This document shows positions 18,449 through 32,585 of a DNA stretch of 64,000 nucleotides, one piece after another (position 1 is the stretch's first letter; every line of letters starts with the position of its first letter). A program made the translations under genes and the position numbers. Origin of the DNA: Oikopleura dioica (Eukaryota; Animalia; Chordata); NCBI GenBank assembly GCA_907165135.1, contig OU015569.1:9362001-9426000 (forward strand), in the 5' to 3' direction. Below the pieces are notes generated by a model. The model searched no databases. It was given only the letters and a program-made list of their open reading frames with translations, and was not told where the DNA came from.

Positions 18449-21400
18449 TCAGACCCAGGAATCTGCGGATCGGTAATTTTGTGTATCGAGTTTGGATCCG
18501 TCGTTTCGATCAGATGTCTGAAACAAGGTTGGAATAGAAGAGAGCGCATTCGTTTACCGTCAAGAAAGTGGCGTCTGATGGAGGATCTAATAGCTTGCGA
18601 CTATTTGTGTAAGAGTAGCGATATCCGGATTCAGACCTGTTGAGCCTCAACATAGCCCTACTCGAACTCGTGGCGTTTCTTGTGGTTTCCAAATCGAGCA
18701 TTGAAGAGCGTCTCGAGGACGAGATTGATCTTATAGATCGCCTAAATTTTTAATGAATTAACTCTGCATTAGTCTTCAACTTACATGAGCCAGGTTCGAG
18801 GATGTTCGGAAAGAGACAATGGCTGCTTCTCAGTTCGAGGGGCAAAGTGCGAAGCGCTCCACCCGTCTTTTCTGTAGCACGTTCGGAGGCTTCTATGCTT
18901 CCACATTGCTCCAAGCACTGTTGCTGCCGCTTTTGAGCAGGACGGAGGATATCGAACAGATCGAGAAATGGAAACAAGTGGTTCGATGCCGCCATGTTCA
19001 GACAACCTTAAATTCTAAGTAGTCATTAAGGAGGTTTATCGGATTACTTTTGTGCATTAAGACGATCCGAATGTACTAGCTGAAGTAAAACCGCACAAAT
19101 TGAGTAAATTGCAGCAGGTCCTGGGGTGACTGGCGTTTCGCCTGGTAATGGAAGCTATTTAAGGTTGCATTTCACGTTCAAGTACTCGTTACTTGAGCAC
19201 TTATGTCTACTACTCGAGATCGATTATTGGGTACTCAGTGCGAGGTTATGATACTATCAGTTCAGTGCCAACCAAATGCCTTGTTAGCAATATCTTCCAT
19301 CGCATATTCGCCCAGCATTGAGCAATTTCTTGGGTCCAGTGCCAAATTTCGTAGTGCGCCGCATGCCGCCACGGACACTCCATCATGTTCATATTTGAGA
19401 AGGTCGACAATGACAGGTAGTCCTTTCTCAGCGCGGACAGTCTCTCGAAGGCTTGCGGCAAAACGCCATTGACCAGCAGTCAAGTTTTGAATGGCGCCTA
19501 TTATTTATTGAAAAAATTTGTTTTTGGACAAGAAAAGTTTTGCATACCTGCAAGACCTTCGAGTGTGTCAGAGTTAGTCGTCTCCATCATAAGTTGTAGA
19601 TAAGTGCGTATAAGCGAAGGTTGATATAATGAGTCCATTTCAGTAGGCTTTGTGTTAAGACGAAGTCCTTTGTTCATAATATCATTCGGGCTGTTGTGAA
19701 GAAGATGAGACTTTTTCTTCAGGCGTCCAAAGCAGTCAAAAAGTTCAGAGTCTGTTGATAAAGTTTCGTCATGTTCATTAGCGAGGTCAGGAACTTCTGC
19801 GCCGAGCCTGTAAGATAAGTTCCTCAAAATACAGACGGCGTTTTCCGTTGATTTACTGTTCGCCTTTTCGGTGCACGTTGTGGCATCATGGATCACTTCA
19901 AGAATAGCACTTATGAAACCCCGAAACGATCTGAGCTTCTTTCTTACAGCAGCACCGGCGGAACTTAGATTTCTGAGAGATCCAGTCGCATTGGTGAAAA
20001 CAAGGGGCTCAGAGCGAACAGAGAGTTTGGCCAAAATCTGTATTGCCTCATGAATAAGTGTTTGTTTTAGGGAGTCGCATGACGATAGGTTCCATATGAC
20101 TGCTGAAGAAAGACTTCGTAAGCCCGGATCAGGGGTTGTTTTCAGAATACGTACAACAGCGTCAAGACCTCCACATCTACGCATGTCAAGTTTAGCAGGC
20201 TCATTCGTGAAAATTATATTCTTGATTGCTTTTATCGCAGCTCTTTGAACTTCAGGAAGTGGGTTATCAAGCAATGTAACAAGTTTGGAGATTGCGCCAA
20301 GTTTGCGCAAAGAATTCTTTGCAGTCGAGTCTCGGAATGATATATGCTAAAAATTAGTTTTATTTCTTGAATTTTCAAATATATTTGGACTAAGTCTCGT
20401 AAACGTTTAACATTTTCTCACCTGTATGAGCGCAGATGTCCTCGTGAGCGACTCGGCTTCTGAGGAGTTGAGACCAGCCAGAAGAGATTCAAGTTGAGGT
20501 TCAGAAAATGTCGAAGAGGTCATTGTTGCTTGTCGACGGACACGACCCGATAATCGATGAGCTAATTCATTGCTTTGAGGTGCGTAATTTGTTGTTCGGC
20601 GGCGTCCGTTTATTCCCATGCCTAGATAGAATCTAAGTCAGTATATTCCTGCCCGCATCTTATTTATCAGTCTCTACTTTCTAAGTTTAATTTCGACACG
20701 TGTGGCACTCAGGTCCATGAATGAGAAGTGGATCAAGTGTGGCTATTTAGTTCTATGAAGTTGAATCGTGCCAAACAAAAGACAAAACATTCCATTCTAA
20801 CGCCCCTGATTACAGTACACTCCCAGTGGATTTAGACATGGAAAGGGAAATATTTTACGTTGGCTTTTGGCCAATGTATAGGTTTCGGGACTTGTGGTTC
20901 CGCTTCCCCCGGAAAATATTTGTTAACACGACGTGTCAACGACTAATGTAGCGTGAATTTTGGGTAGCAGGTGCTCCTGTTGACATTTTTGCGGGCACAC
21001 TGGAATAAGAAATCCCTTCCGGTGCTAGGATGCGGCCCTGTCTCTTGATCTTAACTAATTGTACTCACCTGCATTGCTGAGGTTGAATTGATTCTGATGC
21101 CGGTGCCACTTGCTACTATCAAATGAGTCCTCTGTCGGGGGTATTTGCCGCCCGTTTGAATACTTCGCCAGTGGCAGTTCTTGCAGGCCGCCCTGGAATC
21201 CAATTGAGTTATTTCGCGACTGAACATGGGTAAGTGCTTTTCAATTATAAATGGGCGAACCTTTTCAGTCGAGTCCGTCTCCATAGTCTTTTTAGATTTC
21301 TTTCAAAAGGGCTAAAAACCACGAAGACTGCATTCGTTGATTATAATACGCTATTTTCTCTTGAGGTTTCCCGGCGATTTGTTTATAAGATATTGATTCG

Positions 21401-22845
21401 TTCTTTGAGAATAGGGAAATGTATATAGAGATCAAAAATATATTATCTGTGCGATTTCGTTTGGCGAGGTAAGGACTATGAAACAGATTGGAGCTATCTA
21501 CATCAATCTCCACCCAAATTGAGTGTTTGATTAAAAAAGCTCATACCGGATTTAACGCAAGAGAAGATGAAAAGCCCATTCCTGTTCAGTCGAGTAGCGT
21601 GAATATTCAAATCGCTTATTTTGGTAAAATCGAATGTGAGGAAAATTGGATGTTTCATTAAACGGAGTGCCACCATTTTGATTTGAATAGTTGTATTGCT
21701 TTAATGGCGACGATGGAGGGGAAGGCATTTCCAAGGTTGAGTCGTAATTGATAGGCTCCTGCAAACTGCGTTAAACGTATTCATTACAGTGAGTCGCGTA
21801 ATTAGCGGATGGGGCGTCCGGAAATACTTGCCGAGGGCATGCTGAGTGGCCACTTTCGAAAGCCACTTATTTCACCTGTCTCGAATTTAAGAAAAAAATT
21901 CGACAGATTGAGGATTTATCGATCCTAAGTAACAACTCACTTGAAAGCGTTTGGTGAGTTGGACTGGTGGTGGCATCGTTGCATCGGCAGCACTCTTGGG
22001 CTCAAATTGCTGATAACCCTGACTGCTCTCATATATCTGATAGTTTTCAGAATTCGTGTTGAATCTGCTTGATTTTGCTAGGGTATCGGCATCGAGGCCC
22101 TTTTCATACGCAACGTTGAATTTGTCGTCCGAATTGGTGTATGTGCCAGTATGGTGGAAATCGGAATCGCCGTAATTCATATCACTGGGTTCGTCATAGA
22201 CAGGCGATGCTGTTCGGTGATGACTTCCGTAGTACTCATCGTATATGCCCTTATCATCCTGAAAGACTTTGTTTATTAAACGGGGAATATCAGGAAGCTT
22301 AAACTCGAACAGGGCCAGGCATGATAAAGTCTCATTTTATAAACACGACTTTAATTTCCCGAATTTCCTCGAGCTCTACGAGCACTAATCCCATCAACTT
22401 TTGATCTTTTATATCAACCTTACCGACTGAGCATGTCTAAGCGAGTCAAAACGAGAAGGAGAGTATTCTAAATCAAGCAAATCTGGAGCAGAGCGGGAGT
22501 TTCTATTTTGAGCCTTGTCTTCCTTGTATTCATTCATCATGTGTTCATTTTCGTTTTCATAATCCTCTCTGAAACTTGGCGGGAGCTCATACTCATTGTC
22601 TTCATGAAAGTTGTCCTTTGACGAGGCCAGCTAAAATTCTTTTTGAGTATGTTTCTTTTTGCTACACGTAAGAGGTCCGGATATTAACTTTCCCACAAGG
22701 ATCAACCGACTGCTGGGAAACAATCTTTCTTTCTTCATTAGACCGAATTCGATAAGTATTGATAATGGTTTATTTTGCGAATTCCTACCGAGTAAGAGGA
22801 GTTCTTTCCCTCTGGTTCCTCGCGATAGCCTCCGATCGGCTCCAT
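18449..22845 (-). CDS. p120/delta-catenin subfamily armadillo protein (CTNND2/ARVCF/p0071-like); start tentative
   Basis: ARM repeats include NATGSLRNLSS, KSTENAVCILRNLSY, VIVDLLKYEHDGVSVAACGALRNLALD and GGIEPLVSIS. The C-terminus is ADSWV*, the PDZ-binding DSWV motif typical of this subfamily. The N-terminal exons are low-complexity and less certain. Confidence 0.88.
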
Positions 22846-24143
22846 ATTAGTCAGAAGATGAGTTTTCTATGTTTTCATGGCAGATTTTCGGGGCGGGAGC
22901 TTTCCTCTGAGTGACTAATTTCTTAGCAAAAACTCTCTATGCTAGTCAGTGAGAACGTTATCGTGATCGCTCATGGTACGCGTGCCTCGCGAGGCGCCCT
23001 CACCAATCCGTACTAGGCGTAATGCGCCGCAAGGGACGTCAAACCACCACCACCACGAACCGACAGCCGCAAATTACACGCACTACTAGATTTGTACCAG
23101 GCCCAATCTTCCGTAAAACGCTATTCCGCAAACTTTTCATAATTAAGCGCTGTGAACCTCTACGAGAGATAGTTCAATTACATGTATTGAGTCCCGTATG
23201 ATTGTATGAGATGGCGAAGAAATACTAAATGTTTGGGTACAATATGCCGTCAATGATTGAATTTTTAAAATTTGAATTGTCTCGGAACGAGAGATTAGGC
23301 TGCATGCGATTATTTTTCAGAATTGCGACCTTCAATCAATTGAATTATTTCTGGCTAATGTCACTTGTAGTATCAATGAACCATTCAATTTGAATGTACT
23401 CTCTCACGGATGGCCCGCGGCTAACTGCGCGAAAATGATAAGCGCTTATCTAGACATGGGACCGGGCGGTGGAAGAAGCATTCACCTGTTCTTTGAATAT
23501 CAGATAATACAAGCTGCCCTGCATATAATAAGACGCAAGACGACGTGAAATGTCAACACCTTTATATGGTGACACTCTGCAGTGATTTTGAATAACGAAT
23601 ATTTTGATTTAATGATGAAATTATCCATTTCTTATATCGGATTAAGATGGAACTAGCGGTGGATCAAGAACAGTAATTCTAATAGAATCAAACTTAAAAA
23701 GGTAGTATTGAAAGCAAAACTTAAAGGTGAAATTTTTACTTTGATCTTTGCCATTGAATGGGGACAAGAAACATGCTTTCTTGGTTGGTCCTCCTTACGA
23801 AATAAAGAAGTGACAGCAAATGGATAGCACTTTTCTTGCGAGAAGAATTGAATGATAGGCAAATCGAAAATGACACTAGCGTTGTACACTTTGTTCTTTA
23901 ACCGAAGCGTCAGTTTTCCAAATGAAACGAGAATACAACGCTTTCATGACATAAGTAAAAATCTTGCTGAACGTGCAACAGTGGTGGTTAGTCAGAGGTA
24001 GCCTAGGATTAAAATGATTATGGGCATTCTAAAGGCAACACAAAGGTGGATCGATGTGATCAATAATAATAATAATAAAATATAATATAAAATGAGAGAT
24101 TGAAGAACACAGAGTAGTAAAGACAATTCAAGAATAGTTTTCG

Positions 24144-26157
24144 TTACTTTGTAGCTGTAGCAGTACTTGACGATGCCGTGCATCTGCTTTGTCGAATAAA
24201 ACTTTGAGTCGCCGAAATGTCGATGCGGCATATCGGACACTTGGATGTTTGGTGAAGCCACTTGTCTACACAATTTTGGTGGAACTTATGGAAACACGCC
24301 AGTCGCCGCATTTTGTCTTTGAGTTCGTACTCGCAGAGGCAAATCGTACATCGGTCACATCCTTCGTCCCCGGCAGAGTTGTCAACACCGGAAGGCTATA
24401 AACGATTTACAAGAGATAAAATACTCTTGAGGCTTACAGTAAATTCAAAGGTAATTGAGTTGTCTTCGATTTTGGTCGTAGTAGCACCCTCTGACGGCGC
24501 AGGAGTCATCATCGCAGGGTGCATATTTGATGGGATCGTAAGCAGCGTCAGTGACTCCGGAGGAATTGCCCCCGATGGAATGATGGGGTACGCTGGAGGC
24601 GGGAAAGCGACCGCCACTGGAAATTGCGGATACTCAGCGAAGCGCTCGGGAGGGATCATCATGTCTACCTCTAGATATGGCGCGATTGTGATAGCTAAAG
24701 AAAAGGTAAGACTTAAACAGATTGTACGTTTTATACGTGACGACTGTTGGACGACCATTTGTGAATATAGACCGTAAGCTGGAGGAGGTCCGATAAGATG
24801 GGAACGCATTGGGCCATGAAGATGTTGTCCCTGACGCTGAGGTGTGTAGTAAGAATGATGAACAATGTGAGGCACACGATGGCCGCTCGAAGAATGCTGT
24901 GGAAAATGAATTTCCTCTGTTGGAATACCCAGAGTCGCCCTTTCCGCAACAGATCCAGGTAAAGGTGACATTCTCATTTGCGGCGGGTCATAGCTGCTAA
25001 CTTGAGGAGGAACAACATTTGTATGCAGAATCGGGCCAGGGCGCATAGGTGTTATTACAGGAGCAGTCGGTGGATTGGTGTGACTAAATGGCCTTCCACG
25101 AGCAATCATTGGAGTCATTCTGTTTTGAATTTAATACTGAGACTTTTTAATTAGTTTTAATCGCGGTTATCCAGTAAATCCATTCCTTGGCCGCTCAAAT
25201 GGTAAAGCTTGGCTCACCATTCCAGCTCCTACTAGGTTATGAGAGCTCGAAACACGAGACATCGGAAAATAACGCTGAGTTGTAGGGATACTCGTCGGAA
25301 GTCCAGGTATTCCTTGCTGATTTATGCTTCTATAAGCTGGATTCTGGCTACTCATATGAAGTTGACAATTATCTGCTTGACGACGTGGTTGCGTTTCTGT
25401 AGCTGTTTCTGTCGAAATTGACTGGGCTTCCGAATTGTGTCGTACTCTTTCACATTCAGATGTGTTTTCTTGCACAGAGGGGATCGGAGAAAGCGCAGGA
25501 GAACGTCTTAAACCGTGGCCATTATTGACGCTTCCATGTGGACTGTCGATCCTTTCTGATGAAGACACAAGGTAAGTAGGAGAAGGAGAAGTGGCCTTGA
25601 AAGTATTAAAATAATGAGTAAATAAAAAAACAAAACCTGATAATAGCGAACTTGGCTCGGGAAATGCGCGAACGATGGAACCTGAACTAGTGGAATTGCT
25701 CCACTCGGAGGTGGTCTTGGAAAAGGAGGATGTGCTAGTGTAGTATACTGAAGGGTAGTGTTCTGTGGTATGAACGGAGATGTTGCGGCAGTTGGGACGA
25801 CTACTGGATTTGGAAGTGGCGGTTGGTTTTGTCTTGAATGTGAAAATACCAATAATCTTAGAAAAAGAGTTACCTGTTGAACAGACCACCAGGCACGGCC
25901 ACCATTGGCCTTGGAGTTGGAATAAACGACGGCGTCGGCTGTGGTTGGGGTGTTCTATCCAGTGTCCTTTCGAATCCTATCGGAGGCCGCCCTGCATGCA
26001 TGATAGGTATGTTATTTACCACTGTTCCATTGGTGACCAACTCCTGCGGAAGAGGAATCGATGGACCATGGGACATGTCAGTTAGACTTCGTGGACGTGT
26101 ACGTAGTGGGGCTCCCGTATCATCGTAATGTCTTCGTTTATTACGCTGACTCTCCAT
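24144..26157 (-). CDS. Arkadia/RNF165(RNF111)-like RING-H2 E3 ligase with long Pro/His-rich N-terminus
   Basis: The last exon reads CTICLCEYELKDKMRRLACFHKFHQNCVDKWLHQTSKCPICRIDI (RING-H2). It is preceded by EGATTTKIEDNS, which resembles the GA..TIE motif of RNF111/RNF165/RNF38. Confidence 0.8.
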
Positions 26158-26200
26158 GAAACGCCCACTTTCCCTATATCAGCCCGATTTCATAGACAAT
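26158..26200 (-). promoter_or_regulatory. 43-nt intercistronic spacer with AG acceptor (putative SL trans-splice site)
   Basis: The SPATA5 stop (26201) lies only 43 nt from the ATG at 26157. On the minus strand, gatatag sits 16 nt before that ATG, leaving no room for a promoter. Confidence 0.5.
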
Positions 26201-28730
26201 CTAAATGCAATAAACAGCGATAAAATAATGCTCATCGGATATAGTCTGTCCATGAGCAGTGGCAAAGTCACGGAAAAGATCAAGGTCACATTGCTTCGTT
26301 CTCGGTTTCAGTCGTTCAAGCACTCCTTCGATATCCTCCACAGTAACTGTTGCGCCTACATCACCCTTGATCATGCGTTCCATAGCAACCAACGCGGCTT
26401 CTTGCTTTATGCTAACAATTTCAGCACCGCTATATCCACTTGTACGGTCAGCAAGAATATCCAAATCCTCGTTCTAGAGTTAAAATAAGAATATGAATGC
26501 CTAGTTTCAAAACCTCGAAAGAAGACGGAAGAATTTTTTTAAAAATATCGCGCCGGGTATCCTTGTTCGGTAGGGAGACGTACTCGAACCGATCGATGCG
26601 TCCAGGTCGAAGGAGAGCAGAGTCAATCATGTGTGGCCGATTGGTCGCAGCAACGAGAATAACTGGATTGTTATCGGCATCGTCAGTTATTCCATCAAGC
26701 TCGGTTAGTAAAGTAGTGATCATTCTGTCAGTGACGACAGAATTCTGCTCTCCTCTGGTAACAGCAACTGCGTCGATCTCGTCGAAGAACAAGATCGCGG
26801 GAGCACTTTGTCGCGCTTTCTGGAAAACATTTCGGATAGCCTTTTCCGAATCTCCAACATACTTGGATATCAGTTCTGCTCCCTTGATTGTAAGAAATTT
26901 GAGGCTAGATTCAGTTGCTAGAGCTTTGGCAATCATCGTCTTTGAGCATCCTGGAGGACCGTATAGGAGCACGCCGCGAGGAGGATCAATTTTAAGCTTT
27001 TTCATTTCCGCAGCATATTTGAGAGGCCACTCGACAAGCTGAACCAATGATCTTTTCATTCTTTCTCCTCCTCCGATATCACGCCATTTGACAGGCTTCA
27101 CCGAGACTGCCATCGTTTTCATTGCACTGGGTACAATTTGCTTAGCCAACTTCATCAACAGTTCATTATCGATAGCAGATCTTGTTCGAAATACATGGGC
27201 CGTTGCCTTCTTCATCAACGAAATGATATCACTTGCAACGAAACCGTGAAGTCGTCCAGCGAGTTCGCGAATTCTGACATTATCTAAGGGCAGCTTTTGT
27301 GCCAGCTGCGCGAGTATTCGTCCGCGCTCTTGAGTCCCTGGAATAGGAACTTCAATCTCGACCTCAAGGCGTCCATTCGTGCGCAATCGCTCGTCAACTA
27401 GATCGAGCCTGTTCGTCGCACAGATGAAAAATTGTGTTTTGGGAGCATTATCGATCGCTTCGATGAAGTCTCTTAAAAACGTCTTCTCGGTGTCTTTAGA
27501 GCAAAAGTTTTCGAAATTGTCGATTAAAATAAGAGACGGACCACGGTTTACAATGGCGACCTTGTATTCGTCCACATTATTCACCCAAACGCATTTAAAT
27601 TCGTCGAGGAGTCTGCAACTGATAAGTTTCAGAATCTCTGTCTTGCCAACTCCCGATTGTCCATAAAGAATGAAGCCTTTGGGAGGCGGCATCAATACTT
27701 CGTCCCAGTTTGATAGATAATTGATGATTTCATCATTAACTTAACGCAAAATATTATTCCGCAGCCAGTTAACTACACTATTCCAAAAGTAATATCTTTA
27801 TATTTCGCTCGGTAGTGATCTTCATTCACCTTTCTTTACCAAGGAGTCGGAAAAATATTTTTCTTCTATACAAAGTTTGTCTTCCTTTCGATGAATTTTT
27901 CTACTCAAATTCGTAATAATGAAGGTAGTTTCTGGTCCAACCCTGTAAATTCTCTTTGTGTCACTAAGCGAAAGTTGCTCGAGTTCTTCTTCAAGCGATG
28001 ATTCAGTACAATGAAAAGTTACTTGGACTCGTCTCCCACCGAAAATGGTTTTATGAACCTGTTTATCGACCAAATATTTTCCGGTAAACATACGCTGCAG
28101 ATACTTGCACAAATACTTCTCTTCGGACTAGGTCGAGCGTGAGAATTATCATTAGAGTCAATATATTTGTACCAAAGTTATCGGCGCGGCTTTTACTGAG
28201 CGAAACACTCGAGCATACACAGTCTTGGGATGACAGACCTGCTTCTTGCTTTCAAGTTTTGTAACGGAGACGCTCGTTCCACTTTCTTAAAAAGTCAATC
28301 ATTTAGTTTTTCGTGCTTCGGTGTCACCTTTGAAAAGCGGCTTCATATTGTTAGACGGTATTATTGTGCCGAGTCTCGCTTGGACTTTCGGCCAGACGAT
28401 AGCGGCAGCAGAGATATTAGGCGATGCGGAAATATAAACAAGGTCCCCAAGACAAAAGCCGGCCTTCCCCATCGTATCAGCAGAGAGGAAAACAACATCA
28501 TCCCTTAACTCGTTCGATATCGCGTACTCTGGTATATCATCGCCAGCTTCATCAACAAGAGTCAGGTTTTCGACGCAGCTCTGCTCGGTTTTTATCAAAC
28601 AGTCATTATCCGAAGAAAGGACGAACTCGTCTTCTGAATCGTTCCAAAGCCAGCTTTCTTTTTTGCCCTTCGGGGTAGTGCTTTTGGAGCCTTTAGGGGT
28701 TCCTTTTTTCGGTGTGTTCGAATTCGACAT
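26201..28730 (-). CDS. SPATA5: Double AAA+ ATPase SPATA5/AFG2A (Drg1 homologue, 60S maturation)
   Basis: D2 reads GVLLYGPPGCSKTMIAKALATES..KYVGDSEKA..FFDEIDA..ATNRPHMIDSALLRPGRIDR; the GCSKT Walker A is characteristic of SPATA5/AFG2. D1 has GQSGVGKT. A double-psi-barrel-like N-domain is present. Confidence 0.9.
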
Positions 28731-28791
28731 GTTGGATTATTTCATTCTTAACGAACGAGGTGTTAGTTAAAGATGTCTTATCATTTGTGGT
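28731..28791 (-). promoter_or_regulatory. 61-nt intercistronic spacer between NLE1 and SPATA5
   Basis: The NLE1 stop is at 28792-28794 and the SPATA5 ATG at 28730. The minus strand contains cgttaag shortly before the ATG. Confidence 0.55.
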
Positions 28792-30396
28792 TTATTTCCG
28801 CCACAGTCGTAGAGCTCTATCTTTTCCTCCAGACGCAACTTTCTGGCCGTCAGGAGACCAATCCACTCCGTAAACCTCGTCTGCGTGACCGGGCAAATCT
28901 TTCAATAACTAAATAAGATGTTTCAGTTTTAGATCAGGCATTCAAAATCAAACCTTTCTTGTGGAGACTTCGAACAACTTGAGGGTTGAGTCAGATGATC
29001 CGCTGACAATCATTCGTGAGTCCAGTGACCAAGCCAGTGTATAAACTGGGCGCACATGTCCTCTAAAGGCGCAAATAAACTTCCCCGTCTTCCCACACCA
29101 TAGCTTAACGGATTTGTCAAAACTAGCACTCGCCAAGTATCGCGCATCAGGTGAGAATTTTACATCGTTTATCGTTGCCTGGTGACCTGTCAGTCGACTC
29201 AAGGGCTTTTTATCGCTTTCAGGTTTCCAGAGAAACAGGGTATGATCGTCAGATGCGGAGCAAAGACGTTCGAACCCCCCAATCGCTAAAAGATGAAAAT
29301 CAAGCCTAATAGAATAACTGGTACCCACATTTCAAATATTTATCATAGAGAACTCGTGCTTCTTTCTGGAGAATAGCCGGGTCCTCAGGTAGTTGATTTG
29401 CTTGTTTCGCTTTTGCTGGCTCGAACGCTCCTGTGCGCGTTATGTAAGAAGTATTCAAAGCGAGCGAGTTCACCCAATGCGCGTGTCCTCTGAGCGCGCG
29501 GCAGTAAGTACCATCTGGACGCCAAACTGAGACGACTCGATCTTGACTTCCTGTGTAGATAAGTCCCTGTCCTCCCCAAACAACCGAAGTAACGGATGAC
29601 TGATGGTTCGAAAGCGTGATCAGCTTTGTCTGTTTTACAGCATCCCAAATAATCGCATTTGTATCTTTTGATGACGAGATGAACCGTCTGCATGAGCCGT
29701 CTTGGTGAAGGGGTTCCCAAGCGATTCCTGTTATCCATTGTTTGTGACCCGACATTACTTTTCCTATTTGTTTCCCAGTTTTTGGGGACCACAATCGAAT
29801 CTGGCCACTTTTGCATCCAGTACAAATCTTCTTTGAGTCTGGAGCCCAGGCGATGGCGAGAATGTGACTTTTGTGACCCTCCAGAGTGAACTGGGGTGAT
29901 TCAGAAGATAAATCCCAAAGACGAGTCGTTGTGTCGCCTGATCCCGAAGCGAGATATCTTCCTTCTGGTGAAAAGCTCACTGTCAAAATAGCTTCAGTGT
30001 GACCTTGAATTTCGCTGGAGCAACGTGTGACGGCTCTAACTTTGAAGACAGCAATCGGGCTGTAGACAACGACTATTGTTCCTTCCGTCTTTTGATCGAT
30101 TTCTTCCAATGTATCGCCAAGGTTCTTCAAAATTTCCACTGAATTAGTATAGAAGGCGTGTTTTTCATCGGGACTTTCCAAAAATGAGTTTGTCAAATCT
30201 GATAGTTGGGCGGCCGTCACATTTTCAGGAACTTCGATCGGATCTCCACATTTATTTCCAGATTCATCCTATAATTCTGCTCAAGAAATTGCCGAACGCT
30301 GTCAAGGCCAACCTGTAGCTGAATAATAACTGTGCCTTGCTTCATTCGTTTCGCCTCTGGTTCGCCCGGATCCTGCATTATTTCAACCTCGGTCAT
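28792..30396 (-). CDS. NLE1: Notchless protein homologue 1 (Rsa4; ubiquitin-like NLE domain plus WD40 repeats)
   Basis: VFKVRAVTRCSSEIQGHTEAILTVSFSPEGRYLASGSGDTT, LRGHAHWVNSLALNTSY, ERLCSASDDHTLFLWKP and FRGHVRPVY are present. The protein ends DEVYGVDWSPDGQKVASGGKDRALRLWRK*. Confidence 0.95.
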
Positions 30397-30734
30397 TCTT
30401 ATTTTCAAAAATAAAACATATTGAATTAACAGGGGAGTACTTTATGGGGATAGAAAGTTAACCGATTCACAGTATGCATAATCAGTTACAGTAACCGCTA
30501 TATGATGGCGTGGTTAGACGAGTATTTCTGTTAGGTAACGCGAGTTTGCTTCATATTTAGAGAAACTAATAGAAGAGAGGCAAAATATGCGAAAAGAAAA
30601 GAAGGACTTTTTCCGTGAATAGTGAATGATACGAAGGGGATCTCGACAAAAAATAATTTTCAAAGAACGGGAATAACATGTATTAAATGTAGATCACGCT
30701 TTACAGGAGAGGAAAGTCGAGTGAAGAAACAGAA

Positions 30735-32141
30735 TCAGTCGGCGCGACCGAAGATTCTCAGCAAGTAGAGGAATATTTGGACGATGTCGACGTAAAGCTG
30801 AACGACAGCGACGATGTAGTCATCTGGCCCGATTTCCATTCGACCGCCGCCAAGGATTGTCTTCGTGTCGTAGGCTAAAGAAAGTTTTCACAGGCCGATG
30901 AATCGGTAAATTACCAAGATAAAAGGTGAATAACATGACCCCAAAGCCGCAATAAATAGCGTACGATGTTTCGGAAACCCCGAGAATGAAGAACCAAGGC
31001 CAGACGAACATCATAGCCAAACCACCAATGAGTCCGATGTACCAAAATTTAGTAATATCAAATTTAGTCATGAATGTCTTAATCGGGATCAGAAAATAGC
31101 TGATCGTTAGCTCTGATGTAATTTAAAAAAGAAGAGAAATTTAATTCTAGAGCAATTAAGGATCCCTAGCATTCCGGTGACTACAAGAACAATTGTCGCA
31201 GTAGTTGCAGCGGCAAGCAGAACGACATCAGTATTGTAGCTCGAAGCAACTGCGGCGGCAACAACAGACATGGCGATGGTGAACAAACACAGCATGATAA
31301 CGTTGAGAGGGAACTTGCGCTGGAAATTGCAACAAGGGCAGACGAGGCAGAAGTAGGTGACCATGTAGACACCGAGACTGGCGTAGAGGATTGGAGCTCC
31401 ATCTGTTCGCATGTAACCTGAACAACTGTAGATATCTGAAACGGAAATCTAAAACATACCCTTGATTTCTTCACTGCTCATAAAAGCAGCGATGAAGCCA
31501 GCGGTGACTATAAGCTGGACAGAGAGGATGGCATAAACCTTTCGGATGAAAAGTCGTCGGACGTCGTTGTTGTCGAAACCAACACCAGAGGTGAAGTTGG
31601 CGCTTCCATTATCGGCAACGTAATGGTCCTAACATAATAACAATTAGAAATAGATCAGAAACAGTAAGCCAAAGAGATAAAACTTTTATCTCAACTTTCG
31701 TAAATTAACGATGGTATAAAATTTTATAACATTTAATATTACTGACATGCAGGATACCTGAGCAGCAACAGAATTATTCCATCTCTTAGGCTTGAAATGA
31801 AAATTTGATAAATCAAGATAAGTGCTTAATTAACTACACTAAGCATGCAAGTTTAAGTGGTTTTGGTAAATGTTTTCAATAAATGGCATAACTAATTACA
31901 TAATGAATCGGAGCACCAGACACTAATGGGGTATTCTGAATATAAAAACTTTTTATAGACAAACGTTTTTTAAGTTTATTTAGAGCGAGAACATAGACGA
32001 CCATCCTTATTAACAAGAATAGGATTCGTGTCTATGTTTTTGCCAAAAGGTGTTAGAGAATTGTACCTCTGGAGGTATAGCTCCTCCGGCTACTGGACCG
32101 TAGTTTTTTATCTCATCATACGGCGGTGGATTTGTTGTCAT
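30735..32141 (-). CDS. Protein lifeguard/TMBIM (GRINA/FAIM2-like) Bax-inhibitor family membrane protein
   Basis: FDNNDVRRLFIRKVYAILSVQL, CQRKFPLN, and YDTKTILGGGRMEIGPDDYIVAVVQLYVDIVQIFLYLL (TMBIM C-terminal D-Y..D dyad). Confidence 0.9.
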
Positions 32142-32585
32142 TCTTAAATTTTTATTTTAAAACCTTTTGAACAACAATCATTTTAGGCATCATATATTTT
32201 GTGAAGATAACTGTACAAAAGAATGAGGAATAGACGGATACTTCTACCTAATGTAGGAAATGTTCTAATCCTCAAGGTAATAAATGGAATGGTTCTTGGA
32301 AATATGAATTGAAAATAAAAAAGACATTAAAAACTAGTTCACTCTTTTAAAATTTATTAATAAAAATATATACCGGTAACGTCGAGCCCATTTTTAAATT
32401 AAGTCTTTTATGATCACGAATCTCTCAATAATCTTTTGTGCTAAATCCGCAGAGATTGAGTTGTCGCAGGGTATAATAAAATTGAAGAACGAGCTGATAC
32501 AAGTGCGTTCGTCTATGAGAAAATGGCTAGCTCGTTGTTATTCATTGTTGGTGAGTAAAGATGAATATAGAGAGTGATTGTCTTC

